DNA of 64,000 nucleotides from Auanema rhodensis (GCA_964057225.1 OZ059899.1:17422001-17486000), one strand, 5' to 3'. Numbered from the stretch's first letter, positions 40,001 to 54,265 are shown. Notes: generated by a model from the letters alone, not told the origin. Made by a program: numbers and translations.

Positions 40001-43000
40001 ACGAAAAAATTATTTCTGCAGGGTGAAAATCGAGGATATAAGTGTGAACTTATATCAGTTGAAATCTCGGTGCATTTTTAAGCTAGCGCAAATCTGATAA
40101 CACAGATCGACGCAGCTTAAAAATCCGCATCGAATGCACTATACAACATTGAGAAACGCTTAATACAAAAATTAGTTATGATCGTTTGAAAAATGATGCA
40201 TTAGTGTATGTTGAGTTTCCATGTACACTCAACATTGCTTCCAAAAACATTTTGACAAAAATTTTTCCGAAAAATTTCAAAATAATTTCGCGAAAAGTAG
40301 ATGTTTTTAGATTCCTTTTTTCAAGGCAAAGACGATGGACAATGTTATTCAACGAAAAAATTATTTCTGCAGGGTGAAAATCGAGGATATAAGTGTGAAC
40401 TTATATCAGTTGAAATCTCGGTGCATTTTTAAGCTAGCGCAAATCTGATAACACAGATCGACGCAGCTTGAAAATCCGCATCGAATGCACTATACAACAT
40501 TGAGAAACGCTTAATACAAAAATTAGTTATGATCGTTTGAAAAATGATGCATTAGTGTATGTTGAGTTTCCATGTACACTCAACATTGCTTCCAAAAACA
40601 TTTTGACAAAAATTTTTCCGAAAAATTTCAAAATAATTTCGCGAAAAGTAGATGTTTTTAGATTCCTTTTTTCAAGGCAAAGACGATGGACAATGTTATT
40701 CAACGAAAAAATTATTTCTGCAGGGTGAAAATCGAGGATATAAGTGTGAACTTATATCAGTTGAAATCTCGGTGCATTTTTAAGCTAGCGCAAATCTGAT
40801 AACACAGATCGACGCAGCTTAAAAATCCGCATCGAATGCACTATACTGCATTGAGAAACGCTTAATACAAAAGTTAGTTATGATCGTTTGAAAAATGATG
40901 CATTAGTGTATGTTGAGTTTCCATGTACACTCAACATTGCTTCCAAAAACATTTTGACAAAAATTTTTCCGAAAAATTTTAAAATAATTTCGCAAAAAGT
41001 AGATGTTTTTAGATTCCTTTTTTCAAGGCGAAGACGATGGACAATGTTATTCAACGAAAAAATTATTTCTGCAGGGTGAAAATCGAGGATATAAGTGTGA
41101 ACTTATATCAGTTGAAATCTCGGTGCATTTTTAAGCTAGCGCAAATCTGATAATACAGATCGACGCAGCTTAAAAATCCGCATCGAATGCACTATACTGC
41201 ATTGAGAAACGCTTAATACAAAAGTTAGTTATGATCGTTTGAAAAATGATGCATTAGTGTATGTTGAGTTTCCATGTACACTCAACATTGCTTCCAAAAA
41301 CATTTTGACAAAAATTTTTCCGAAAAATTTCAAAATAATTTCGCGAAAAGTAGATGTTTTTAGATTCCTTTTTTCAAGGCAAAGACGATGGACAATGTTA
41401 TTCAACGAAAAAATTATTTCTGCAGGGTGAAAATCGAGGATATAAGTGTGAACTTATATCAGTTGAAATCTCGGTGCATTTTTAAGCTAGCGCAAATCTG
41501 ATAATACAGATCGACGCAGCTTAAAAATCCGCATCGAATGCACTATACTGCATTGAGAAACGCTTAATACGAAAGTTAGTTAGTTTCGTTTGAAAAATGA
41601 TGCATTAGTGTATGTTGAGTTTCCATGTACACTCAACATTGCTTCCAAAAACATTTTGACAAAAATTTTTCCGAAAAATTTTAAAATAATTTCGCAAAAA
41701 GTAGATGTTTTTAGATTTCTTTTTTCAAGGCAAAGACGATGGACAATGTTATTCAACGAAAAAATTATTTCTGCAGGGTGAAAATCGAGGATATAAGTGT
41801 GAACTTATATCAGTTGATATCTCGGTGCATTTTTAAGCTAGCGCAAATCTGATAACACAGATCGACGCAGCTTAAAAATCCGCATCGAATGCACTATACA
41901 ACATTGAGAAACGCTTAATACAAAAATTAGTTATGATCGTTTGAAAAATGATGCATTAGTGTATGTTGAGTTTCCATGTACACTCAACATTGCTTCCAAA
42001 AACATTTTGACAAAAATTTTTCCGAAAAATTTCAAAATAATTTCGCGAAAAGTAGATGTTTTTAGATTCCTTTTTTCAAGGCAAAGACGATGGACAATGT
42101 TATTCAACGAAAAAATTATTTCTGCAGGGTGAAAATCGAGGATATAAGTGTGAACTTATATCAGTTGAAATCTCGGTGCATTTTTAAGCTAGCGCAAATC
42201 TGATAATACAGATCGACGCAGCTTAAAAATCCGCATCGAATGCACTATACTGCATTGAGAAACGCTTAATACAAAAGTTAGTTATGATCGTTTGAAAAAT
42301 GATGCATTAGTGTATGTTGAGTTTCCATGTACACTCAACATTGCTTCCAAAAACATTTTGACAAAAATTTTTCCGAAAAATTTTAAAATAATTTCGCAAA
42401 AAGTAGATGTTTTTAGATTTCTTTTTTCAAGGCAAAGACGATGGACAATGTTATTCAACGAAAAAATTATTTCTGCAGGGTGAAAATCGAGGATATAAGT
42501 GTGAACTTATATCAGTTGATATCTCGGTGCATTTTTAAGCTAGCGCAAATCTGATAACACAGATCGACGCAGCTTAAAAATCCGCATCGAATGCACTATA
42601 CAACATTGAGAAACGCTTAATACAAAAATTAGTTATGATCGTTTGAAAAATGATGCATTAGTGTATGTTGAGTTTCCATGTACACTCAACATTGCTTCCA
42701 AAAACATTTTGACAAAAATTTTTCCGAAAAATTTCAAAATAATTTCGCGAAAAGTAGATGTTTTTAGATTCCTTTTTTCAAGGCAAAGACGATGGACAAT
42801 GTTATTCAACGAAAAAATTATTTCTGCAGGGTGAAAATCGAGGATATAAGTGTGAACTTATATCAGTTGAAATCTCGGTGCATTTTTAAGCTAGCGCAAA
42901 TCTGATAACACAGATCGACGCAGCTTAAAAATCCGCATCGAATGCACTATACTGCATTGAGAAACGCTTAATACAAAAGTTAGTTATGATCGTTTGAAAA

Positions 43001-46000
43001 ATGATGCATTAGTGTATGTTGAGTTTCCATGTACACTCAACATTGCTTCCAAAAACATTTTGACAAAAATTTTTCCGAAAAATTTTAAAATAATTTCGCA
43101 AAAAGTAGATGTTTTTAGATTCCTTTTTTCAAGGCGAAGACGATGGACAATGTTATTCAACGAAAAAATTATTTCTGCAGGGTGAAAATCGAGGATATAA
43201 GTGTGAACTTATATCAGTTGAAATCTCGGTGCATTTTTAAGCTAGCGCAAATCTGATAATACAGATCGACGCAGCTTAAAAATCCGCATCGAATGCACTA
43301 TACTGCATTGAGAAACGCTTAATACAAAAGTTAGTTATGATCGTTTGAAAAATGATGCATTAGTGTATGTTGAGTTTCCATGTACACTCAACATTGCTTC
43401 CAAAAACATTTTGACAAAAATTTTTCCGAAAAATTTCAAAATAATTTCGCGAAAAGTAGATGTTTTTAGATTCCTTTTTTCAAGGCAAAGACGATGGACA
43501 ATGTTATTCAACGAAAAAATTATTTCTGCAGCGTGAAAATCGAGGATATAAGTGTGAACTTATATCAGTTGAAATCTCGGTGCATTTTTAAGCTAGCGCA
43601 AATCTGATAATACAGATCGACGCAGCTTAAAAATCCGCATCGAATGCACTATACTGCATTGAGAAACGCTTAATACGAAAGTTAGTTAGTTTCGTTTGAA
43701 AAATGATGCATTAGTGTATGTTGAGTTTCCATGTACACTCAACATTGCTTCCAAAAACATTTTGACAAAAATTTTTCCGAAAAATTTTAAAATAATTTCG
43801 CAAAAAGTAGATGTTTTTAGATTTCTTTTTTCAAGGCAAAGACGATGGACAATGTTATTCAACGAAAAAATTATTTCTGCAGGGTGAAAATCGAGGATAT
43901 AAGTGTGAACTTATATCAGTTGATATCTCGGTGCATTTTTAAGCTAGCGCAAATCTGATAACACAGATCGACGCAGCTTAAAAATCCGCATCGAATGCAC
44001 TATACAACATTGAGAAACGCTTAATACAAAAATTAGTTATGATCGTTTGAAAAATGATGCATTAGTGTATGTTGAGTTTCCATGTACACTCAACATTGCT
44101 TCCAAAAACATTTTGACAAAAATTTTTCCGAAAAATTTCAAAATAATTTCGCGAAAAGTAGATGTTTTTAGATTCCTTTTTTCAAGGCAAAGACGATGGA
44201 CAATGTTATTCAACGAAAAAATTATTTCTGCAGGGTGAAAATCGAGGATATAAGTGTGAACTTATATCAGTTGAAATCTCGGTGCATTTTTAAGCTAGCG
44301 CAAATCTGATAATACAGATCGACGCAGCTTAAAAATCCGCATCGAATGCACTATACTGCATTGAGAAACGCTTAATACAAAAGTTAGTTATGATCGTTTG
44401 AAAAATGATGCATTAGTGTATGTTGAGTTTCCATGTACACTCAACATTGCTTCCAAAAACATTTTGACAAAAATTTTTCCGAAAAATTTCAAAATAATTT
44501 CGCGAAAAGTAGATGTTTTTAGATTCCTTTTTTCAAGGCAAAGACGATGGACAATGTTATTCAACGAAAAAATTATTTCTGCAGGGTGAAAATCGAGGAT
44601 ATAAGTGTGAACTTATATCAGTTGAAATCTCGGTGCATTTTTAAGCTAGCGCAAATCTGATAATACAGATCGACGCAGCTTAAAAATCCGCATCGAATGC
44701 ACTATACTGCATTGAGAAACGCTTAATACAAAAGTTAGTTATGATCGTTTGAAAAATGATGCATTAGTGTATGTTGAGTTTCCATGTACACTCAACATTG
44801 CTTCCAAAAACATTTTGACAAAAATTTTTCCGAAAAATTTTAAAATAATTTCGCAAAAAGTAGATGTTTTTAGATTTCTTTTTTCAAGGCAAAGACGATG
44901 GACAATGTTATTCAACGAAAAAATTATTTCTGCAGGGTGAAAATCGAGGATATAAGTGTGAACTTATATCAGTTGATATCTCGGTGCATTTTTAAGCTAG
45001 CGCAAATCTGATAACACAGATCGACGCAGCTTAAAAATCCGCATCGAATGCACTATACAACATTGAGAAACGCTTAATACAAAAATTAGTTATGATCGTT
45101 TGAAAAATGATGCATTAGTGTATGTTGAGTTTCCATGTACACTCAACATTGCTTCCAAAAACATTTTGACAAAAATTTTTCCGAAAAATTTCAAAATAAT
45201 TTCGCGAAAAGTAGATGTTTTTAGATTCCTTTTTTCAAGGCAAAGACGATGGACAATGTTATTCAACGAAAAAATTATTTCTGCAGGGTGAAAATCGAGG
45301 ATATAAGTGTGAACTTATATCAGTTGAAATCTCGGTGCATTTTTAAGCTAGCGCAAATCTGATAACACAGATCGACGCAGCTTAAAAATCCGCATCGAAT
45401 GCACTATACTGCATTGAGAAACGCTTAATACAAAAGTTAGTTATGATCGTTTGAAAAATGATGCATTAGTGTATGTTGAGTTTCCATGTACACTCAACAT
45501 TGCTTCCAAAAACATTTTGACAAAAATTTTTCCGAAAAATTTTAAAATAATTTCGCAAAAAGTAGATGTTTTTAGATTCCTTTTTTCAAGGCGAAGACGA
45601 TGGACAATGTTATTCAACGAAAAAATTATTTCTGCAGGGTGAAAATCGAGGATATAAGTGTGAACTTATATCAGTTGAAATCTCGGTGCATTTTTAAGCT
45701 AGCGCAAATCTGATAATACAGATCGACGCAGCTTAAAAATCCGCATCGAATGCACTATACTGCATTGAGAAACGCTTAATACAAAAGTTAGTTATGATCG
45801 TTTGAAAAATGATGCATTAGTGTATGTTGAGTTTCCATGTACACTCAACATTGCTTCCAAAAACATTTTGACAAAAATTTTTCCGAAAAATTTCAAAATA
45901 ATTTCGCGAAAAGTAGATGTTTTTAGATTCCTTTTTTCAAGGCAAAGACGATGGACAATGTTATTCAACGAAAAAATTATTTCTGCAGCGTGAAAATCGA

Positions 46001-49000
46001 GGATATAAGTGTGAACTTATATCAGTTGAAATCTCGGTGCATTTTTAAGCTAGCGCAAATCTGATAATACAGATCGACGCAGCTTAAAAATCCGCATCGA
46101 ATGCACTATACTGCATTGAGAAACGCTTAATACGAAAGTTAGTTAGTTTCGTTTGAAAAATGATGCATTAGTGTATGTTGAGTTTCCATGTACACTCAAC
46201 ATTGCTTCCAAAAACATTTTGACAAAAATTTTTCCGAAAAATTTTAAAATAATTTCGCAAAAAGTAGATGTTTTTAGATTTCTTTTTTCAAGGCAAAGAC
46301 GATGGACAATGTTATTCAACGAAAAAATTATTTCTGCAGGGTGAAAATCGAGGATATAAGTGTGAACTTATATCAGTTGATATCTCGGTGCATTTTTAAG
46401 CTAGCGCAAATCTGATAACACAGATCGACGCAGCTTAAAAATCCGCATCGAATGCACTATACAACATTGAGAAACGCTTAATACAAAAATTAGTTATGAT
46501 CGTTTGAAAAATGATGCATTAGTGTATGTTGAGTTTCCATGTACACTCAACATTGCTTCCAAAAACATTTTGACAAAAATTTTTCCGAAAAATTTCAAAA
46601 TAATTTCGCGAAAAGTAGATGTTTTTAGATTCCTTTTTTCAAGGCAAAGACGATGGACAATGTTATTCAACGAAAAAATTATTTCTGCAGGGTGAAAATC
46701 GAGGATATAAGTGTGAACTTATATCAGTTGAAATCTCGGTGCATTTTTAAGCTAGCGCAAATCTGATAATACAGATCGACGCAGCTTAAAAATCCGCATC
46801 GAATGCACTATACTGCATTGAGAAACGCTTAATACAAAAGTTAGTTATGATCGTTTGAAAAATGATGCATTAGTGTATGTTGAGTTTCCATGTACACTCA
46901 ACATTGCTTCCAAAAACATTTTGACAAAAATTTTTCCGAAAAATTTTAAAATAATTTCGCAAAAAGTAGATGTTTTTAGATTTCTTTTTTCAAGGCAAAG
47001 ACGATGGACAATGTTATTCAACGAAAAAATTATTTCTGCAGGGTGAAAATCGAGGATATAAGTGTGAACTTATATCAGTTGATATCTCGGTGCATTTTTA
47101 AGCTAGCGCAAATCTGATAACACAGATCGACGCAGCTTAAAAATCCGCATCGAATGCACTATACAACATTGAGAAACGCTTAATACAAAAATTAGTTATG
47201 ATCGTTTGAAAAATGATGCATTAGTGTATGTTGAGTTTCCATGTACACTCAACATTGCTTCCAAAAACATTTTGACAAAAATTTTTCCGAAAAATTTCAA
47301 AATAATTTCGCGAAAAGTAGATGTTTTTAGATTCCTTTTTTCAAGGCAAAGACGATGGACAATGTTATTCAACGAAAAAATTATTTCTGCAGGGTGAAAA
47401 TCGAGGATATAAGTGTGAACTTATATCAGTTGAAATCTCGGTGCATTTTTAAGCTAGCGCAAATCTGATAACACAGATCGACGCAGCTTAAAAATCCGCA
47501 TCGAATGCACTATACTGCATTGAGAAACGCTTAATACAAAAGTTAGTTATGATCGTTTGAAAAATGATGCATTAGTGTATGTTGAGTTTCCATGTACACT
47601 CAACATTGCTTCCAAAAACATTTTGACAAAAATTTTTCCGAAAAATTTTAAAATAATTTCGCAAAAAGTAGATGTTTTTAGATTCCTTTTTTCAAGGCAA
47701 ACACGATGGACAATGTTATTCAACGAAAAAATTATTTCTGCAGGGTGAAAATCGAGGATATAAGTGTGAACTTATATCAGTTGAAATCTCGGTGCATTTT
47801 TAAGCTAGCGCAAATCTGATAACACAGATCGACGCAGCTTAAAAATCCGCATCGAATGCACTATACAACATTGAGAAACGCTTAATACAAAAATTAGTTA
47901 TGATCGTTTGAAAAATGATGCATTAGTGTATGTTGAGTTTCCATGTACACTCAACATTGCTTCCAAAAACATTTTGACAAAAATTTTTCCGAAAAATTTC
48001 AAAATAATTTCGCGAAAAGTAGATGTTTTTAGATTCCTTTTTTCAAGGCAAAGACGATGGACAATGTTATTCAACGAAAAAATTATTTCTGCAGGGTGAA
48101 AATCGAGGATATAAGTGTGAACTTATATCAGTTGAAATCTCGGTGCATTTTTAAGCTAGCGCAAATCTGATAATACAGATCGACGCAGCTTAAAACTCCG
48201 CATCGAATGCACTATACTGCATTGAGAAACGCTTAATACAAAAGTTAGTTATGATCGTTTGAAAAATGATGCATTAGTGTATGTTGAGTTTCCATGTACA
48301 CTCAACATTGCTTCCAAAAACATTTTGACAAAAATTTTTCCGAAAAATTTTAAAATAATTTCGCAAAAAGTAGATGTTTTTAGATTTCTTTTTTCAAGGC
48401 AAAGACGATGGACAATGTTATTCAACGAAAAAATTATTTCTGCAGGGTGAAAATCGAGGATATAAGTGTGAACTTATATCAGTTGATATCTCGGTGCATC
48501 TTTAAGCTAGCGCAAATCTGATAACACAGATCGACGCAGCTTAAAAATCCGCATCGAATGCACTATACAACATTGAGAAACGCTTAATACAAAAATTAGT
48601 TATGATCGTTTGAAAAATGATGCATTAGTGTATGTTGAGTTTCCATGTACACTCAACATTGCTTCCAAAAACATTTTGACAAAAATTTTTCCGAAAAATT
48701 TCAAAATAATTTCGCGAAAAGTAGATGTTTTTAGATTCCTTTTTTCAAGGCAAAGACGATGGACAATGTTATTCAACGAAAAAATTATTTCTGCAGGGTG
48801 AAAATCGAGGATATAAGTGTGAACTTATATCAGTTGAAATCTCGGTGCATTTTTAAGCTAGCGCAAATCTGATAAGACAGATCGACGCAGCTTAAAAATC
48901 CGCATCGAATGCACTATACAACATTGAGAAACGCTTAATACAAAAATTAGTTATGATCGTTTGAAAAATGATGCATTAGTGTATGTTGAGTTTCCATGTA

Positions 49001-52000
49001 CACTCAACATTGCTTCCAAAAACATTTTGACAAAAATTTTTCCGAAAAATTTCAAAATAATTTCGCGAAAAGTAGATGTTTTTAGATTCCTTTTTTCAAG
49101 GCAAAGACGATGGACAATGTTATTCAACGAAAAAATTATTTCTGCAGGGTGAAAATCGAGGATATAAGTGTGAACTTATATCAGTTGAAATCTCGGTGCA
49201 TTTTTAAGCTAGCGCAAATCTGATAACACAGATCGACGCAGCTTGAAAATCCGCATCGAATGCACTATACAACATTGAGAAACGCTTAATACAAAAATTA
49301 GTTATGATCGTTTGAAAAATGATGCATTAGTGTATGTTGAGTTTCCATGTACACTCAACATTGCTTCCAAAAACATTTTGACAAAAATTTTTCCGAAAAA
49401 TTTCAAAATAATTTCGCGAAAAGTAGATGTTTTTAGATTCCTTTTTTCAAGGCAAAGACGATGGACAATGTTATTCAACGAAAAAATTATTTCTGCAGGG
49501 TGAAAATCGAGGATATAAGTGTGAACTTATATCAGTTGATATCTCGGTGCATTTTCAAGCTAGCGCAAATCTGATAACACAGATCGACGCAGCTTAAAAA
49601 TCCGCATCGAATGCACTATACAACATTGAGAAACGCTTAATACAAAAATTAGTTATGATCGTTTGAAAAATGATGCATTAGTGTATGTTGAGTTTCCATG
49701 TACACTCAACATTGCTTCCAAAAACATTTTGACAAAAATTTTTCCGAAAAATTTCAAAATAATTTCGCGAAAAGTAGATGTTTTTAGATTCCTTTTTTCA
49801 AGGCAAAGACGATGGACAATGTTATTCAACGAAAAAATTATTTCTGCAGGGTGAAAATCGAGGATATAAGTGTGAACTTATATCAGTTGAAATCTCGGTG
49901 CATTTTTAAGCTAGCGCAAATCTGATAAGACAGATCGACGCAGCTTAAAAATCCGCATCGAATGCACTATACAACATTGAGAAACGCTTAATACAAAAAT
50001 TAGTTATGATCGTTTGAAAAATGATGCATTAGTGTATGTTGAGTTTCCATGTACACTCAACATTGCTTCCAAAAACATTTTGACAAAAATTTTTCCGAAA
50101 AATTTCAAAATAATTTCGCGAAAAGTAGATGTTTTTAGATTCCTTTTTTCAAGGCAAAGACGATGGACAATGTTATTCAACGAAAAAATTATTTCTGCAG
50201 GGTGAAAATCGAGGATATAAGTGTGAACTTATATCAGTTGAAATCTCGGTGCATTTTTAAGCTAGCGCAAATCTGATAACACAGATCGACGCAGCTTGAA
50301 AATCCGCATCGAATGCACTATACAACATTGAGAAACGCTTAATACAAAAGTTAGTTATGATCGTTTGAAAAATGATGCATTAGTGTATGTTGAGTTTCCA
50401 TGTACACTCAACATTGCTTCCAAAAACATTTTGACAAAAATTTTTCCGAAAAATTTCAAAATAATTTCGCGAAAAGTAGATGTTTTTAGATTCCTTTTTT
50501 CAAGGCAAAGACGATGGACAATGTTATTCAACGAAAAAATTATTTCTGCAGGGTGAAAATCGAGGATATAAGTGTGAACTTATATCAGTTGAAATCTCGG
50601 TGCATTTTTAAGCTAGCGCAAATCTGATAAGACAGATCGACGCAGCTTAAAAATCCGCATCGAATGCACTATACAACATTGAGAAACGCTTAATACAAAA
50701 ATTAGTTATGATCGTTTGAAAAATGATGCATTAGTGTATGTTGAGTTTCCATGTACACTCAACATTGCTTCCAAAAACATTTTGACAAAAATTTTTCCGA
50801 AAAATTTCAAAATAATTTCGCAAAAAGTAGATGTTTTTAGATTCCTTTTTTCAAGGCAAAGACGATGGACAATGTTATTCAACGAAAAAATTAATTCTGC
50901 AGGGTGAAAATCGAGGATATAAGTGTGAACTTATATCAGTTGATATCTCGGTGCATTTTCAAGCTAGCGCAAATCTGATAACACAGATCGACGCAGCTTA
51001 AAAATCCGCATCGAATGCACTATACAACATTGAGAAACGCTTAATACAAAAATTAGTTATGATCGTTTGAAAAATGATGCATTAGTGTATGTTGAGTTTC
51101 CATGTACACTCAACATTGCTTCCAAAAACATTTTGACAAAAATTTTTCCGAAAAATTTCAAAATAATTTCGCGAAAAGTAGATGTTTTTAGATTCCTTTT
51201 TTCAAGGCAAAGACGATGGACAATGTTATTCAACGAAAAAATTATTTCTGCAGGGTGAAAATCGAGGATATAAGTGTGAACTTATATCAGTTGAAATCTC
51301 GGTGCATTTTTAAGCTAGCGCAAATCTGATAAGACAGATCGACGCAGCTTAAAAATCCGCATCGAATGCACTATACAACATTGAGAAACGCTTAATACAA
51401 AAATTAGTTATGATCGTTTGAAAAATGATGCATTAGTGTATGTTGAGTTTCCATGTACACTCAACATTGCTTCCAAAAACATTTTGACAAAAATTTTTCC
51501 GAAAAATTTCAAAATAATTTCGCGAAAAGTAGATGTTTTTAGATTCCTTTTTTCAAGGCAAAGACGATGGACAATGTTATTCAACGAAAAAATTATTTCT
51601 GCAGGGTGAAAATCGAGGATATAAGTGTGAACTTATATCAGTTGAAATCTCGGTGCATTTTTAAGCTAGCGCAAATCTGATAACACAGATCGACGCAGCT
51701 TGAAAATCCGCATCGAATGCACTATACAACATTGAGAAACGCTTAATACAAAAGTTAGTTATGATCGTTTGAAAAATGATGCATTAGTGTATGTTGAGTT
51801 TCCATGTACACTCAACATTGCTTCCAAAAACATTTTGACAAAAATTTTTCCGAAAAATTTCAAAATAATTTCGCAAAAATTAGATGTTTTTAGATTCCTT
51901 TTTTCAAGGCAAAGACGATGGACAATGTTATTCAACGAAAAAATTAATTCTGCAGGGTGAAAATCGAGGATATAAGTGTGAACTTATATCAGTTGATATC

Positions 52001-52633
52001 TCGGTGCATTTTAAAGCTAGCGCAAATCTGATAACACAGATCGACGCAGCTTAAAAATCCGCATCGAATGCACTATACTACATTGAGAAACGCTTAATAC
52101 AAAAATTAGTTATGATCGTTTGAAAAATGATGCATTAGTGTATGTTGAGTTTCCATGTACACTCAACATTGCTTCCAAAAACATTTTTACAAAAATTTTT
52201 CCGAAAAATTTCAAAAAAATTTCGCAAAAATTAGATGTTTTTAGATTCCTTTTTTCAAGGCAAAGACGATGGACAATGTTATTCAACGAAAAAATTAATT
52301 CTGCAGGGTGAAAATCGAGGATATAAGTGTGAACTTATATCAGTTGATATCTCGGTGCATTTTTAAGCTAGCGCAAATCTGATAACACAGATCGACGCAG
52401 CTTAAAAATCCGCATCGAATGCACTATACAGCATTGAGAAACGCTTAATACAAAAGTTAGTTATGATCGTTTGAAAAATGATGCATTAGTGTATGTTGAG
52501 TTTCCATGTACACTCAACATTGCTTCCAAAAACATTTTTACAAAAATTTTTCCGAAAAATTTCAAAATAATTTCGCAAAAAGTAGATGTTTTTAGATTCC
52601 TTTTTTCAAGGCAAAGACGATGGACAATGTTAT
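10056..52633. repeat. Satellite A: tandem array of 351-bp monomers, about 121 copies
   Basis: Strict 351-bp period throughout, with one 340-bp monomer near 28.3 kb; monomers differ at only a handful of positions. Confidence 0.99.
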
Positions 52634-52645
52634 GATTAGACAATG

Positions 52646-53030
52646 CCATGATTTTGAAATTTACGTGAACTTTAATTTATGCTAATTAAATGTACACATG
52701 GTGTGCACTCGGTATGTAACTCGCTTCACGTGAAAGATAAAGAGATGCGGTTTTCGAAATTAGATTCCCCATGTCCATATTAGTCTAAAAACAAATTTTT
52801 ATTGATATTGGTGCATGGTAACCATGACTTTGAAATTTACGTGAACTTTAATTTATGCTAATTAAATGTACACGTGATGTGCACTTGGTATGTAACTCGC
52901 TTCACGTGAAAGATAAAGAGATGCAGTTCTCAAAATTAGATTCCCCATGTCCATATTAGTCTAAAAACAAATTTTTATTGATATTGGTGCATGGTAACCA
53001 TGACTTTGAAATTTACGTGAACTTTAATTT
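52646..53030. repeat. Satellite B (176-bp monomer), first ~2.2 copies before the LINE
   Basis: CCATGA(T/C)TTTGAAAT recurs at 52646, 52822 and 52998. Confidence 0.97.
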
Positions 53031-53248
53031 TTCAGTTGACCTAGTTTGTCAGTCGTGAGTGGTTGTCTCCTTTTGGTTCTAATTGGTATTCACTGTTGCC
53101 GTCTTGTTTCTTCATCTGATTCAGTATCGTCGGACTGGTTTTAATAAGGTGCGCACTTTTCTCAAGTCATTTCATTTCTTTCCTTTATAATTACTCTTGT
53201 GTTTTTTTCCTATTTTTATATCTCGTGTTTTTCATTCCTTTTTTCACT

Positions 53249-54265
53249 ATGTCCTCTTCCCAATCTGTTTCAAAATCCGATTTTACAGCACTTTCTGATT
53301 CTCTCAAAGAATCTTTCTCCCAATTTTCTTTTGAATTACGTGGCATTATTTTCTCTATCCAAACTACCGTTAATTCTAATTGTACCCGTATTGCGGAACT
53401 AGAATCAAAGGTTGCCTCACTTTGTAGCTCGCTCAAAAATGGTACTTCTCAAGAGGTTGTATCTAATTTAGTTAACATAAGTTCAGAGAAGTCGAAATTC
53501 CCTGACCGTGCTACAAAACTCCTTTGGTTCAATGTTCCATTGAGCAGTACGGACTTTTCCTCCGATCCCACTTCTCTTGTGTCGGATGTTCTTAATCTGT
53601 CCAAGAACACTGAAATATGTAGTTTATTAAACTCTCGTGCAATTGTTGTCACCCGCTACAATTCTAAGACCAAACTCCCTGGCCCTATTGCTATAAATTG
53701 CCCTAGTGAACAAATTCGTGATACTTGCATACAACTAATCCGCAATCACAAAGAAGTTCTTTCCGCTTCACTTAAAAAAACTTTTGTGAGAAGAGACTAT
53801 TTCCCTTTCGAAATAGAACTTGAACGTGAATTGAAGGAAAAGTGCAAGGTTATGAATTCTACTGGGACTAACACCCTTCATATTGTTCGTAATTTCAAAA
53901 TTGTTAAGGTCATCAAAAAAATATCCTCAATTAGTTCTCCTACTCCAGCTCCTACCTGTACTCATCTTATTTCTCCTGTTTCCCCTTCTTCCCCAAATAT
54001 TGTACAAATTGCTCCTCCACCTTCCAAAGCAAGCCGTACTTCTCTTGAGGTCGACAGGTCTTCTTGTCAATTTCCTTCACCCTCAAGACGAAAAACACGA
54101 CATGCTCCTTATGCTCTGAGATCACTCTCTTGTCCCAGAGTTAAAAACCCAACAATACCTCTTACCGCACCTTCCCTATCTGACCCTACCTCAAGTCTCC
54201 CCCTAGTTCCTAATCATACTCCCTCCACCAAATCACTTCCACCTCCAAAACATAGCTTTCGTTAA
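53249..54265 (+). CDS. LINE ORF1 (coiled coil, RRM-like region, Pro/Ser-rich tail)
   Basis: First ATG at 53249. Heptad segment RIAELESKVASL; LLWFNVP and TFVRRD..P.E.ELERELK segments resemble CR1/L2-type ORF1 motifs. Confidence 0.8.
   Translation: MSSSQSVSKSDFTALSDSLKESFSQFSFELRGIIFSIQTTVNSNCTRIAELESKVASLCSSLKNGTSQEVVSNLVNISSEKSKFPDRATKLLWFNVPLSSTDFSSDPTSLVSDVLNLSKNTEICSLLNSRAIVVTRYNSKTKLPGPIAINCPSEQIRDTCIQLIRNHKEVLSASLKKTFVRRDYFPFEIELERELKEKCKVMNSTGTNTLHIVRNFKIVKVIKKISSISSPTPAPTCTHLISPVSPSSPNIVQIAPPPSKASRTSLEVDRSSCQFPSPSRRKTRHAPYALRSLSCPRVKNPTIPLTAPSLSDPTSSLPLVPNHTPSTKSLPPPKHSFR

Noticed and set aside
10017-52649. About 120 repeated 61-89-aa ORFs (MKNDALVYVEF...)
   Set aside because: By-product of the satellite: TTG start, no recognisable domain, broken by stops or a deletion in some monomers, and many variants change the amino acid.
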